64,000 nucleotides of DNA. It comes from Podarcis vaucheri (lineage: Eukaryota). Position numbers and translations under genes: made by a program. The notes beneath the pieces are model-generated. The model ran no database searches, was not told where the DNA came from, and saw only the letters and a program-made list of their open reading frames with translations. Below, one piece after another: positions 1 through 13,063 of the stretch; the first letter of the stretch is position 1; every line of letters begins with the position of its first letter. Location of the stretch: the NCBI GenBank assembly GCA_965113315.1, contig OZ220368.1; one strand, given 5' to 3'.

Positions 1-291
1 GTCTCCGTGTTTAATGGCCTCAGCGGGTGGAGAGCGCAGCACTAGCTGTGAAAATGACAAAAATCAATAGCTAATCCAGTGCACTCAGTCAACCTTTTCA
101 AAGCCTCATCTGTATTGATTTCCAAGTGCTGCTCTTCTTGTCCCTTGACGTAATCAGCCTGTTTGCTCAGCAGACTCTCTTGCTCTTGTTCCCTAGTCAT
201 TTTCTCTCTCTTTCCTCATACTTAAACATAGACTACTTAAAACTTGTTCACTTGCCCCTGCACCCCAAAAGATAGGCAGAAGATACCAATA

Positions 292-507
292 GAGTGGTAC
301 CTTGGGTTAAGAACTTAATTCGTTCTGGAGGTCCGTTCTTAACCTGAAAGTTTCTTAACCACTTTAGCTAAAGGGGCGTCCCGCTGCCACCATGCCACCG
401 CCACGCGTTTTCTGTTCTCAATCTGAAGCAAAGTTCTTAACCCGAGGTACTATTTCAGGGTTAGCGGAGTCTGTAACCTGAAGCATCTGTAACCTGAGGT
501 ACCACTG
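292..507. mobile_element. Tc1/mariner (Tigger/pogo-like) MITE
   Basis: TIRs (c/g)AGTGGTACCT.GGGTTA ... TAACCTGAGGTACCACTG flanked by TA; same family at 14424, 45000, 45323, 54857, 61044. Confidence 0.85.
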
Positions 508-580
508 TATAGGGAACAGATTGGAATTAGACAGAGGCTGCAATGTTATTAAATACAGCAGACCCTCGGGTTATGTTACC

Positions 581-1345
581 TTGTTGTTGTTGTTTAGTCA
601 TTTAGTCGTGTCCGACTCTTCATGACCCCATGGACCAGAGCACGCCAGGCACTCCTGTCTTCCACTGCCTCCCGCAGTTTGGTCAGATTCATGTTTGTAG
701 CTTCGAGAACACTGTCCAACCATCACGTCCTCTGTCGTCCCCTTCTTCTTGTGCCCTCAATCTTTCCCAACATCAGGGTCTTTTCCAGGGAGTCTTCTCT
801 TCTCAGGAGGTGGCCAAAGTATTGGAGCCTCAGCTTCAGGATCTGTCCTTCCAGTGAGCACTCAGGGGTGATTTCCTTAAGAATGGCTAGGTTTGATCTT
901 CTTGCAGTCCATGGGACTTTCAAGAGTCTCCTCCAGCACCATAATTCAAAAGCATCAATTATTTGGCAATCAGTCTACTGGGAAATCACTACTGGGAAAT
1001 CCATAGCTTTAACTATACGGACCTTTGTTGGCAAGGTGATGTCTCTGCTTTGTACGATGCTGTTTAGGTTTGTCATTGCTTTTCTCCCCAGAAGCAAGCG
1101 TCTTTTGATTTCATGACTGCTGTCACCATCTGCAGTGATCATGGAGTGCAATAAAGTAAAATCTCTCACTGCCTCCATTTCTTCCCCTTCTATTTGCCAG
1201 GAGGTGATAGGACCAGTGGCCATGATCTTCGTTTTTTTTATGTTGAGCTTCAGCCCATATTTTGCACTCTCCTCTTTCACCCTCATTAAGAGGTTCTTAA
1301 TTCCTCCTCACTTTCTGCCATCAAAGTTGTGTCATCTGCATACTT
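581..1345 (-). mobile_element. BovB (RTE) LINE, 5'-truncated 3' portion with degraded RT
   Basis: (CAA)n tail at 581-595; YADD at 1331-1342 on minus; ORFs 975-1286 (GLKLNIKKTKIM...EIKRRLLLGRKAM) and 723-923 (LRLQYFGHLLRREDSLEK) match the RTE/BovB C-terminus. Confidence 0.95.
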
Positions 1346-1570
1346 GGTCACAATTGTTTGTAGCACACACACATTCAGGAGAACACCTCAGCTGGCTCAT
1401 TAACATTTTGAGAACTGGAGAAGCAAGTTTTGGTTGTGTATCTGCTTTTTAACAAGGAAAATAGCATCATGTTCTTTGTTGAAAATATGGCCTCTGGTGG
1501 GATTTTTTATTTTATTTTTTGTCCTCAGGAGAAGCTATTTTTTATTGTGCAAGTCTCAGAGGACTATAAC

Positions 1571-1623
1571 TTGGGAATCATTGTGATTACTGTATAGTTA
1601 CCAGTAATCACAATGATTCCCAA
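1571..1623. repeat. Perfect 22-bp inverted repeat, 9-nt spacer
   Basis: TTGGGAATCATTGTGATTACTG (1571-1592) / CAGTAATCACAATGATTCCCAA (1602-1623). Confidence 0.9.
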
Positions 1624-2341
1624 TGATCCTTCAGGGGAGCTCTTCATACATTTTGTTTCCTAGGCTAGGGGTATGATGCATATCTAAATACAGATATTGC
1701 TTATCACTGTTGTTTTCAATGGAATATACATTCCGACGTGATTTGCCATCCACATTCTGACACAACTAATCATTGGCCTGAGAGGCTTAAATGCACTCAT
1801 ACAGGGGAAATGGAGATAATATTTTGCTTTTATTTAATGGCTATAGCACAAAGTGGAACTTTCTTAGGTTGTTTGAGTGCTCAGAGAGCTGAGTTTGATA
1901 ATTAAGTATCTTATCTGATAAATGGCAGCCTCGCGATCCCAATAATGAGAGATGAAATGAAATGTTACTTGCTTTGACAGACAAAATGTGTTTATGAGTC
2001 CCAAGTCACATTTAAGCAGCCTGGGGCAGGCGGGCGGGGGAAACCGTTACTGCAAATTAGAGTTTCATATTCCCCTCATTTGAACAATACTAAACTAACT
2101 TGAAGCTAGAAATGAACAAGTCTTTAAATAGTATGAGCCTGTGAATACTTAACAACTGTGGCTTACAGCAATCTCAACGTGACCAATGAGAGACCACCAT
2201 TAATATGGCAATTCCCACAGATGGGGACGTAAAGAGATATTCTTGGTGGCCACTTCCAAGCTCCAGAGTTATATTCCCAAAACTTATCAATCTCTTGGAT
2301 ATAATGTAAGATGCTGAACTTGTTAAGTAGCTCCCAACTAG

Positions 2342-2696
2342 TGTCAGGGGTTGGTCAGAATTGGATGCCAGAAACTGGGCTGACTCTGAAGATGAAGGAA
2401 TGAAGTCACAGACAGAGCAGCCTCTGACAGAGGAAGAAGGGAAGGATTTGCCCCCCCCCCACATTCCCAGCAGTGGGAGTGGAAGACAGGAGTGCTTGGC
2501 GTGCTCTGGTCCATGGGGTCACGAAGAGTCGGACACGACTAAACAACCAAGCAACAACAACAAATGGGGGAGAAGGGTGACTCCTCAGCTGGAAAGCTTA
2601 GTAAGGATGTGAACTGCCTCGTAAACTTCATCTCCCAGAAATCTTTGTGCTCAAAGTTTCCAGAAATAGCCTTTCTGATATATTGAAAGCCTGCCA
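2342..2696 (+). mobile_element. Degraded LTR-like element (TGTCAG start), interrupted by a BovB 3' fragment
   Basis: Starts TGTCAGG; acidic Trp-containing frame like the solo LTRs at 25653 and 33901; 3' end and TSD uncertain. Confidence 0.4.
2478..2563 (+). mobile_element. BovB extreme 3' fragment
   Basis: GGTCCATGGGGTCACGAAGAGTCGGACACGACTAAAC plus (CAA)n tail. Confidence 0.85.
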
Positions 2697-2712
2697 CCTT
2701 TTTTGCACCCAC

Positions 2713-2780
2713 TAATAATACTAATACTAATACTAAAACTAATAATAATAATGATAATAATAATAATAATAATAATATAA
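2713..2780. repeat. (AAT)n-type microsatellite
   Basis: Imperfect TAA/AAT tandem run. Confidence 0.85.
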
Positions 2781-2875
2781 TACATTTATTGTCAATGTAC
2801 AACTTGTGTACAATGAAATTAACCAAACCTCCCTCCCTCATCGTTGCTAATGCATCGTTGCTAATGCTGGAAGTA

Positions 2876-3066
2876 GGGAATGCACTCCACAGCTCAGGAG
2901 TGCAGCATGTGGTCATCATGGTTCCAGGTTCAAGCCCTGGCATCTCCAGGTAGGGCTAGCAGGGTCCCATGTCTGAAATCCTGGAGAGTCACTGCCAGTC
3001 AGTTTAGATGATACAGAGTATAGATTAATGGTCTGACTCAGTGTTTGGTAGCTTCCGATGTTCCTG
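2876..3066 (+). mobile_element. tRNA-derived SINE (Squam3-like), old copy
   Basis: AGCTCAG...GGTTCAAGCCC A/B boxes followed by GGCATCTCCAGGTAGGGCT...CCTGGAGAG.CACTGCCAGTCAG body. Confidence 0.75.
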
Positions 3067-5083
3067 TGTCCTCCTACTTTACAGAAGACAATCCATTATC
3101 TGAAGGGCTTTGAGAGGACAGACCTTTGTGGAAGTTCTCTATTTGAAGGGCTACTCAGTCCAAGTCCAGTTTAAAGATAAAGAACCACAAGAAAGGAGAG
3201 CAGGAAGGGCTTTGTAATTGCCCATCAATTGTTAGCACATGGGCAGCAAGCAAAGCCGGCACTCAGGACACCAGGGCACAGTCTTATCCACCATAGTAAG
3301 AGGTATTTCTATTTAAACATTTTGTTCTTGATTCCCCAACATTTAAGTTGCCTATGTGAAAATCACTTGGTGAATAGGCTCGTCTACCTCTATTTTAATA
3401 TAATTTAAGATATGTGAGGAAAGAGGGGCTATCCCAATTGTAAAAACAGAAAACTTTATAAGGACCTAGGTCCTGCTGCGTGGCCAGCAATTTTTGCTAA
3501 ATTATTAAGGTTGAATCTTTAATGAAATCACAAGCCTATTTGCTTCATAAATGTTGCATGGCATTTTGAGAGAGAGGGATCTTACAAAATTTCCAAAATG
3601 GAATTTAGTGCTCAAATAATGTTAGAAATCTTTGGCATGAGAAATCTGGTGTCAGCACAGGAGATTGGGTTGGGTGACATTTAAGTAGGCTTTTCCCCCA
3701 GCCACATAATCGTAATGAATTTCCCGATACAGCGTTGTGCCATACAAACCCAGGGAATTCATCACACTAGAAGTTCATGGCAAAATTAATTCACAAATCA
3801 AACTTGGGCAGCACTTTCTTTGACAAATATGCATATTTGAATTCACATCAGGCAAACTGATGAGACCTGTTGAATTTGAAATTGGCTGTGAACATTAGTT
3901 CAGCATCAATCAATGAAAGAAGTTCTCTTCACAAACTCCATTCTATTAGGCACAAAAATGTTATTCCTGCCACCAGTGCCTATGTCCTGGTACTGTTGCT
4001 TCATTCAATAGTGAGAAAATGGCTGCCCTGTACCCTGACAATGGGATCATTTCTTTCACTCTCTGGACCTTGGGATCCTCATCCTGGCTGTACCAGCCCT
4101 TCTCTTCCCTATTGGCTGGCTGTGAATTTGGTTGTGCCTACACATGAAGCATAATGATCCTCTCCCCACCAAACCTTTGGAGTATTACCTGAGTGCCATT
4201 GTGCCTATCTTGTCACTGTTCTCTTCATAGGAGAATTGCTGTGGTGTTAAGAACTCATAAGGATAATGAACAAGTCCCATATATGTATAATATAGAAAAC
4301 AGAAACTTTGTTACCAACACATCTAACTGAAGCCCAAAGCTTATTCCACCAAGAGATACCTAGGACTCAGCTATACAGCTGCAAATAAAATGTTTTAAGT
4401 GTGTTTTAAGTGCAATATACAATGTGGCACTAGCTGGCGATGGTGAGCCTTATGGAAAATTCAATGTATTTTTAAAAACGCTTTTAAAAAAGCATTTTCA
4501 GAATGGTTTTTATATGTGTGTAGATTCCATCCTAGTTTTGAGCTGCATTTGTTTGGTTAGAGCTTTGCCAAATCAGTCGTGAGCACAACCTCTGGGCCGA
4601 ATAGGTTCTGATGCCATCACTCCTTGGTCCACTTTTGAATACCTGGCTAGCTTATCAACACTTCTACTCTGCCACGCTCTAAATGCCTTCTTCCTGTTGC
4701 TCTTGCCTACCTCTGCTTACTTTGATTCCTATGTATTCTGGCCACTGTGATTTATTGCTGCTGCTGTAGTCCATTTAGATGCTTTTATTTATTATTTTTC
4801 TGAACTGGTCTTTGACCGTAATAATAAATTACTATTACTTATTTATTATTTGTTACTCTGATATGTATGGACTTGGGTATTATTAATGTACTGTTGTATT
4901 TGATTGTTGATAGGGGCCTTGCAGGCGCCATTGAGTCTGAAATGTGGGGCACAAATATTCAATTAAATAACTCTCGGGATCTGCACTGATTCTCACACTC
5001 CTAGAGGGAAGGAGCTGCAGCTCAGTGGTACAATGTCTGTTTTGCATGTGGATGATCCCAGGTTCAATCCCCAGCATCTCCAG

Positions 5084-5315
5084 GTAGGCCTGGGAAAAGA
5101 ACTTCCTGTCTAAAATCCTGGAGAACCACTACCAGTCAATGTGGACAATACAACGTAGACATTGGCTGGCCCAATGATTTGACCTGGTGTAAGACAGATT
5201 CCTGTCTTACACCAGGTCAAATCATTGGGCCAGCCAATGTCTACGTTGTATTGTCCACATTGACTGGTAGTGGTTCTCCAGGATTTTAGACAGGAAGTTC
5301 TTTTCCCAGGCCTAC
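5084..5315. repeat. Perfect 114-bp inverted repeat with 4-nt loop
   Basis: Arm 5084-5197 is the reverse complement of 5202-5315; loop ATTC. Confidence 0.97.
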
Positions 5316-5683
5316 GGAGGGACGCGGGTGGCGCTGTGGGCTAAAGCCTCAGCGCCTAGGGCTTGCCGATCGAAAGGTCGGCGGTTCGAATCCCCGCGGC
5401 GGGGTGCGCTCCCGCTGCTCGGTCCCAGCGCCTGCCCACCTAGCAGTTCGAAAGCACCCCCGGGGGCAAGTAGATAAATAGGTACCGCTTACCAGCGGGA
5501 AGGTAAACGGCGTTCCGTGTGCTGCGCTGGCTCGCCAGAGCAGCGTTATCACGCTGGCCACGTGACCCGGAAGTGTCTGCGGACAGCGCTGGCCCCCGGC
5601 CAATAGATGTGAGATGGGCGCACAAACCCCAGAGTCTGGCAAGACTGGCCCGTTCGGGCAGGGGTACCTTTACCTTTACCTTT
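5316..5683 (+). mobile_element. Sauria SINE, full length, young
   Basis: GGGACGCGGGTGGCGCTGTGGG head, GGTTCGAATCC B-box, (ACCTTT)n tail, CpGs intact; TSD TAAGACAGATTCCT at 5190-5203 and 5683-5696. Confidence 0.95.
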
Positions 5684-5846
5684 AAGACAGATTCCTATGT
5701 ACCTGTTCCATGTCTGGAACTATCCCTATTTGTCCTGCCTCAACCTGTGTCCCTGCTGTTTGTTTTCTACTCATTCTTGACCCTCAGTAGTGATATACTT
5801 TGGAGATCCTGATTCTCTGGAGGCCTCATCTTACCTTGAAGCACTG

Positions 5847-6800
5847 TGCCTTGGCTCCCACCACAACAGAGGCTCTTACTTGACAATAAGGAAAAAAACT
5901 TCTATTGAGGCAGAGGAAAGGTATAGGCTCAGCAACAGGGAGTGATACTGTCACAGCAGGCTAAGAAGCAGGAAAAGTGAGACTAGGTGGGCTAGAAGCA
6001 GAGGTCCAAGTTTGAGGAGTCCAAGATCAGGGCAAGAAACTCTGAACAACAGGGAAGCAACAGAGCTGTCCCAGAGGAATGGCCCCAACTTTTCAAAGGT
6101 GAGGCAAGGTGATCTCACTCGTGGGACTCCTGTGCCTTGCAATACTGTTGAGAGTGCAGGCATGCACTATGTTGGGGAGGATGGGTCTGTTTCCTGTCAC
6201 AGGAGCGCCACCAAGTCCTGGGTGACCAAGTTGTGCCCTCCCCTTCCCAGGGGTGGATTCTGGGCACTGGGCCAAGAAAGCACCATCTCCAAGCCTGGTA
6301 CGTGAGGCACTGGGCTTTGGGAAGGAGGTGTGAGGCTCTGGTAGGGTCCTAGAGTCCTTCCACCTCCTTCCCAAAGCCTGGTAAGTGTTTTCCCAGCTTG
6401 GGAAAGAGGCGGGCTCTGGGACTCTGTCAGGGTCTCTGCCTGTTTTCCAAAGCCTGGCACCTCGTGTAGCAGGATTTGGGAAGGCAGCAAGAGGGCTGGG
6501 GGCAAAATTTGACCTCACACAGGGCATCTCACACCATAGTACCTACGTCTGCCACTGCCCTTCTGGCTCCTGTTCCTCCACCACCAACAGTTAGTTGACA
6601 CCCTCCCCTCATTCCACTGAGGCTCTCCTCCTCCCAGGAGGGAAGTGAGGAGGCAGAACTCCAGCTTCTGCATCCAGAGAAGCTGTATCCTAGGAGAGAG
6701 AAGCACCCATTTTATCCAGCCTCTGTTCCTTGCCCCCCCCCCATTGCATGCTTCTCTTCTCCCTCCTCATCCATCTCTGCCTGCGTTGGGACTCATGGCA
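5847..6800 (-). mobile_element. Solo LTR (about 954 bp)
   Basis: TGCC...GGCA termini with perfect 5-bp TSD CACTG (5842-5846, 6801-6805); orientation tentative. Confidence 0.7.
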
Positions 6801-9800
6801 CACTGCTGAAAATAAACTGCCTGATAATATCCACAGAGAATACAGATTTCTGGTTGAATTGGGATGGGTTGGGGACACAGGGCCCACGATGAATCTCCCT
6901 GCCCCCCTCCACCAGCCAAGACATCAATCACCACAGTCACTCAGTCATAAAAATGTCTAGCCTCTATGCTTTGGCAGTCTAAACAAACCCTAATGGAATT
7001 TGTTACTCTACACTATATAAGCAGAGCAATTGCTAATTGCTTTCCCCACACGTTCATTAAACATTTAACCAGCATTTCCACATACAAATGGCATATAACA
7101 AGGTAGCTTTTGCAAGATCATTTTGTATATAGTTTCCGAAGACGCTAATTGATGTTTAATGGTTTTGTAATTGATCTCTGTCATATCGTACCAAGGGGGG
7201 GAGAATGTTAGAACATATTATAGCAAAATGAGAATTGGTACACTTTAATGTAATATTAACAACATAACCAAGATACACATTTACCACAGTGACATAAAAC
7301 TGAGATAACTTAGAGAGGAAAAAGATTGGCAGTCTGGGAAAAAAATATCTAAAACTTTTTTCATTTATTTGTTGAATTGCCAGTAACATTATAGAATGAC
7401 AGTTATAACCAATGGCTGTGAGAGGTACCCACAAAATTAAACCTCTCAGTGTGGACCATGTGTTCTATTTTAAGTTTCATCCTGATATGAAGCAGTGATA
7501 CGTTTGATAAGTAAAGAATATCCTTGCTGTACTGTCAAGGTGATACAAAACGGCTCTCTGTGGCGGTAGATGGTCCACTCACACTTGGAAGTCATTTCTT
7601 GATTCTGTAGTCAACAATTGATGTATGTGGCATGAATGTCAACTGGCTATATGGTTTTGCAACACTAGAGGGAGAAAAGTTTCAGTGTTTCCTGACCTTG
7701 GGTTGTGAGGGACTACCATCTAGATTTGAAGCAGTCAAGTCCTGGGTGAGCTAGCTTTTATGTTATTAGTGGTAGCACCTGCTATCAATGCATTGTGAGG
7801 ATTTCTTTGGAAGCTTTCAGGAAGGCAGAGCAGGTTAAGACCTGGAATTAGGGAATGCTCCCTAATATTAATAGAGGCACATGAATGGCAGTCTACTTAT
7901 TAGGAGTGATGTGTCAGGACATATGTGTTTGGGCCTAGCATCCAAAGAAACCAAAATTTTCATTTTTTTCCTCACAAGCTCAACCCCAAGCAAGCAGGAG
8001 GGAGTCCCCTCAAAGAGATAAACATGCCACAAATGATGCTGGACTACAATTCCCATCATCCCTGGCCTCTGTCCATGCAGACTGGGGTTGATAGAAATGG
8101 TAGTGCAATAACATCTCAGTGGTGCCACGTTGCTACTTTTGTGCCACATTGTCTATTACCAGGGAACCAATCCCTCTGTGCTCATGACTAAAAAGGGCCA
8201 ACATTAGAAAAGAATATAGGAAGGTCTTATATTTGTCTGGTCAGTATAATGACTAGGAGTATCATTAGCCAATCTGGCTAGGAGGAAGAAGCAAGGAAGT
8301 CTGAAAGAAGAAGGGCATCACACTTTAGCACAATCTTCCTACTCACTTGATTGTGGCCTTTTGTGTCATTTTTACCTAAAGTATGTCTAGCCTAGCATAT
8401 TCAGAGACCATCAGAGAGGCTCAGAGGGAAAACTCCACAGGAATCTAATAAGCTGTTTGGCCCTATGTCTGCTAGATAGCTTTGAAGATTCCTATTGGAG
8501 CCCCCATCCAGTTAGAAAGGAAACGTGAACCACAGCAACTTTAACAGGGACTACAATTGCCTAGTGGTTGATTGTGAAAATGTCTATTCCCTCAGCAACC
8601 CTGCAAAAAGACTTTCTCTGATCTGCAAAGCCTTCAACTCGCTTATTTAAAGATCCCACATTTGTACTAACAAATCCCAACTAAAGAGTCATATAGGTAT
8701 AAATACTTCTATTTCATATGTTATTTGGCCAAAACTTAGTTATGCATTTGTGTGGTGAGCGACACCTGTACACCAAACACCACCTATGTAAAAATCCATG
8801 CTGTTTTATTCTGTTTTGAAGGCTTAACAAGAACTTCAGCATCCTTTCCTCTTTCCATTTTTAGTTGTTATCAATGTTCTTTTCAGAGTTGTCATCTAAA
8901 CTACCAGCATTCTTTATTTATCCTCATCAAGCCATCTTCTGAGCCATTTAATGACTAGACTCCCAATATCGAACTGTTCTCTCATTATGTCATCTTCCTC
9001 CCTGTGTAAATTATTACTTGGCAATGGCTCTTTTCTCACTCTGTGGCATTTGGTTTCTGAACTAAACTTTCAGAACAAGTCTGGGTCTTTAAGATCAGAA
9101 GTCAGATAGAATGTCAAGACAATAAGTCTGCTGAGGATCTGCAATTTTATTGTTTTTCCTCCATTGTTTATTTTAAAGGATGCAATCAAAATGAAGACAA
9201 ATGTGCCTGGAAAAAAAAAAGCTGCCTTGAAATTTCATACCTTTTTAAAAAGGTTATTTGAATAGCATGGAAATTGCTTATAGGAAGGACTTTGAACTAT
9301 GCCACATTGAGGATGGATTCAAAGTTTTTGAATCATGGCTTTTTTCCCATACTGGAACACTTTAGCATTACTGGGTCTTTGCTAAACACAACCATCCATA
9401 AGTGGAATTAAAAGAGGGGTTCCACACCATACTTAATATTGCAGGATTTGCTCTTCAGAGGCAAACAATAAGATCATTTACAGATTACCATTTTTTTCTG
9501 ACAAGATGCCTGGAATGATGGGCATTGTGTTGTGCAGACACAACTGAGCAACAGAAAATTGTGGGTGTTCTTAGGCAGAATGTGATGCAGTCTGGGAAAA
9601 TTGCTTATTTCACTGCAGCAAAGGCCAAGATAATTTGTTTTCTGTATACGTGGTTCTTCCCACAACTTGTGGTGTTCCCAAAACTCACGATTACCTGCTT
9701 TGGGGAAATGAATTTGCTCACCATGTAATTAATACTTGGAAGTAATACAGACTGAAGATTATTTGCTAAAAATTGTTCTACAGCTTGGGATGAAATATGA

Positions 9801-10885
9801 CCTTCCTAATGTTAATTTGCACTATGGCTATGTGCACACCATGCATTTAAAGCACTTGACTTACCCCAAGGAATCCTGGGGACTGTAGCTCCTTAAGGAT
9901 GCTAGGCATTCTAGCTCACTGAAGGGTCAAGCACAGTTCCCAGGTTTCTGTGGGGGAAGCAATGTGATTTAAATATACAGTGTGTATGCAGCTGATACTA
10001 ATTTGGTTTAAAACCTCACTCATCTGAGGGCCAAGTCCTAGACACCAATCATGATGGCTGGTTGCCATCATACAATAACCCTCACTTGTGAGTCTCCTCA
10101 CATGTAAACAAATACATGAAAGGGGAGGGGGGTTCTTCCAGGCTCCTGTCTCCTCACATCTAGTGAGTCACCTTTTACCTTTTGCAGCCCTCGTGAGTTT
10201 GAGAGGAGAGGAAACTTCTCTACTTGCAGAACCTCTAGGTGCAGTTTTGAACTCAGATTGTGCCATGCAAAGAGACTGAATTGCTAAATATTCATACCTA
10301 CCCACCCGCACCCCAAGAGAGAAACTGACTGGCCTGTCACCCAGAAATGATATCACAAAGTGGCATCACTAGGCCAGCGTAGACTGGAACCGAATTACAT
10401 AGCAGTGCTATGATAGGTTTTGCTGGAAGAAGACATGGGGTGGCATGAGGAGACATGGGAAGGTATTCAGGTAGGTTTTACTCGGAGCGGACACCTCAAA
10501 ATGAATGGACCTAACTTACTCATGTACAGGCATTTCTACTCTGTGTGAAACTGATTGACTACTACCTCAAAAGATAGAGAGGAGGGCAGAGTGCAGAAGG
10601 GAGGAAAGCTGAGAGGGAAGAAATGTCACAAAGTCAAAAAGACTGAGGGCACTTCTAGACTGTCATTGTTTTCAGGTGGGATTCATTGCATCCCAGCAAA
10701 TTCAGACTACACAATTAAAGCTCTTGCAAAACAAGCCTTCTTCAGAAAAAGACAAGTCCTTTTTGCCATATGGAAAGTGACCAGAATATGCATTGGAATG
10801 TGTTGCTTTGATTCAACAATGTGTAACGACCCCACAAATCAGGATTAATATGCATTAAATAGCTGAAATTGTCTAAGCTCTAAGC

Positions 10886-11021
10886 CAGGCTTCCTCAACC
10901 TCGGCCCTCTAGATGTTTTTGGCCTACAACTCCCATGATCCCTAGCTAGCAGGACCAGTGGTCAGGGATGATGGGAATTGTAGTCTCGAAACATCTGGAG
11001 GGCCGAGGATGAAGAAGCCTG
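10886..11021. mobile_element. hAT MITE
   Basis: Near-palindromic, TIR CAGGCTTC.TCA.CCTCGGCCCT; 8-bp TSD CTCTAAGC/CTCTATGC. Confidence 0.85.
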
Positions 11022-11093
11022 CTCTATGCAAATAAGTCAGGCTGAAAGTGACCACAGAGAGTGAGTAGGGAGAGAAAAGTAGAAGGTCACTTA

Positions 11094-11400
11094 GGGCTTA
11101 TCCACACTTAACTTTTGACCCACTCTTTCCAGGTACAGGTCCATGCTTTAAAGCTCTGTGTCTGAGTGCCTCCCTTTCCCCCCCTCTGGAGCTCTTCCAG
11201 CAAAAACCCATTCTTTAAAGCTGAATTGGAGCAAATGGCTATTTGGGTTTTCCATGGATTACCATTACTATTCAGCTTTAAAGAGTAAATTTTCACAGAG
11301 AAGGATACAAAGCCAAAAGGGGGGGGGCACTCAGACACAGAGCTTCAAAGCATGGACCATGCCTGGAAAGTGCAGAGGAAAGATAAGTGTGGATAAGCCC
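11094..11400. mobile_element. PIF/Harbinger MITE
   Basis: TIR GGGCTTATCCACACTTA, extended inverted arms, TTA TSD on both sides; related partial copy starts at 58241. Confidence 0.85.
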
Positions 11401-12386
11401 TTACTTGGTCTATTGAGAACATTAGGTTTCATTTTCAAGTAGGCATGCATAGGATTGGGTACAAATCAGGAACAAGAAGGAAGGTCTGTATTTTTTCTCT
11501 TTACCCTTTTAGCAAGTTACTGGTTCAAATTAATTAGCTCTTCTCTGTGAATTCCTAATTTCTAAGGGTCCTTAAAAGATTGTTCTGGCATTTCCCAGTG
11601 TTAATTGGGTTCTGTTTCAATTGCAACAAAATAAATATTTGGCCCTCCAGTATGGAAAAAGAAAACACCTGAGATCCTTGTGTGAACAAATTTTCATCCT
11701 TCAAAGTCCTTGTCTAAACAGACACAGGAAACAAAGGATCAATAGGAATACCAGACTAGGCAGAATAACAGAAGGACCTTGTTTCTTTCAGTATTTCCAG
11801 GTATGCTTATCAATGCCTTTCTTAATGATAGGTTTGTGTCATTTGCGTAGCAGCTGATAATGAATGCCCCTGCATTCAGAATAATAGTTGGAGCAGGGAA
11901 GATTTTACTCTTCTTAAAAGTTGGTTTCATTTTTCTTAAGATAGAACTGGTTAGATTCTGTTCTAAAAGTTATTACCTTATCTGCTCTGAGTCACTATAG
12001 GGAAGGCTTTAAAAAATCCAAATAAATTCATGTAACATTCTGCTAAGACACCACTGGCAATGAACCTGACATTTTCCTTTGTAGGGACAATCATGTAGTT
12101 GCTGCATAATAACCATGTCACTTTTCCCCCTTTTCTTTTGCAGCATATTTTTTCAAGGTAAAAAGGCATACTGAGCTAGTAGACAATTTCCAGTAAAGGA
12201 AAGATTTGTTAGTCTTAATTCAAGCAATTTCATTCTATTGTTGTCTTAGATTTTACAATGTAGATTATTATCTTTCTCTCTCTTTCTTGCATGCTGCTGT
12301 CATTTTATTGATTCAGGTCTGTTGAAGCCAATAAGTTTCATCCCATCATTAATAGTTTGGAGTAGCTAGCACCTCTTTTTTCAAGT

Positions 12387-12654
12387 CAAATCCTGAAGCT
12401 GAGACTCCAATACTTTGGCCACCTCATGAGAAGAGAAGAGAAGACTCCCTGGAAAAGACCCTGATGTTGGGAAAGATGGAGGGCACAAGGAGAAGGGGAT
12501 GACAGAGGACGAGATGGTTGGACAGTGTTCTCGAAGCTACCAGCATGAGTTTGACCAAACTACGGGAGGCAGAGGGAGACAGGAGTGCCTGGCGTGCTCT
12601 GATCCATGGGGTCACGAAGAGTTGGACATGACTAAACGACTAAATAACAACAAC
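12387..12654 (+). mobile_element. BovB 3' fragment
   Basis: ATCCTGAAGCTGAGACTCCAATACTTTGGCCACCTCATG...GGGGTCACGAAGAGT, (CAA)n tail. Confidence 0.92.
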
Positions 12655-13063
12655 ATCAATATTTTACTACTTATTAAAACTCCCATGGTTTTTCTTGAAA
12701 TTCCTTAGCTGTTGCACCAGGAAGAACTTTGCTTTGAATTTCACTTTTGGTTACATTTCAGTGGCAACTCAAGTTGACTTGATGGCTAACTCGCTTTTGT
12801 TTAGGGAATTCATTGTTTATAGCCTCACTTGCCCTATTAGTGAAGTGAATGTCATGCATACAAACATGTTATACATACCTGCCAAGTGCCCCAGAAAAAA
12901 ACTCGGACATCCTGCTTTGTTGTGTGAGATTGCGGTGGCCTTTTTAGGTGCCACACTCTCACTCCCAAAAAACGTGACTCACCCAGGTGTACACCCCAGA
13001 AGTTGCACGTCCTGTTTTTCGGGTGTGAAAAAAGTTGAAATGTATGGTTGTATACCAAAATTT

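Larger units (their letters stand above)
5006..5705 (+). mobile_element. tRNA-derived SINE (Squam3-like) hosting the Sauria SINE and inverted duplication
   Basis: GCAGCTCAGTGGTA A-box, GGTTCAATCCC B-box; 3' end (TTCCTATGT) resumes after 5683. Confidence 0.8.

Noticed and set aside
622-1116. 164-aa plus-strand ORF (and similar ORFs at 12424 and 40811)
   Set aside because: Antisense frame of BovB sequence, not a gene
5006-5080. tRNA-like sequences (also at 52997 and in Sauria SINE heads)
   Set aside because: They continue into SINE bodies and lack a full cloverleaf; not tRNA genes
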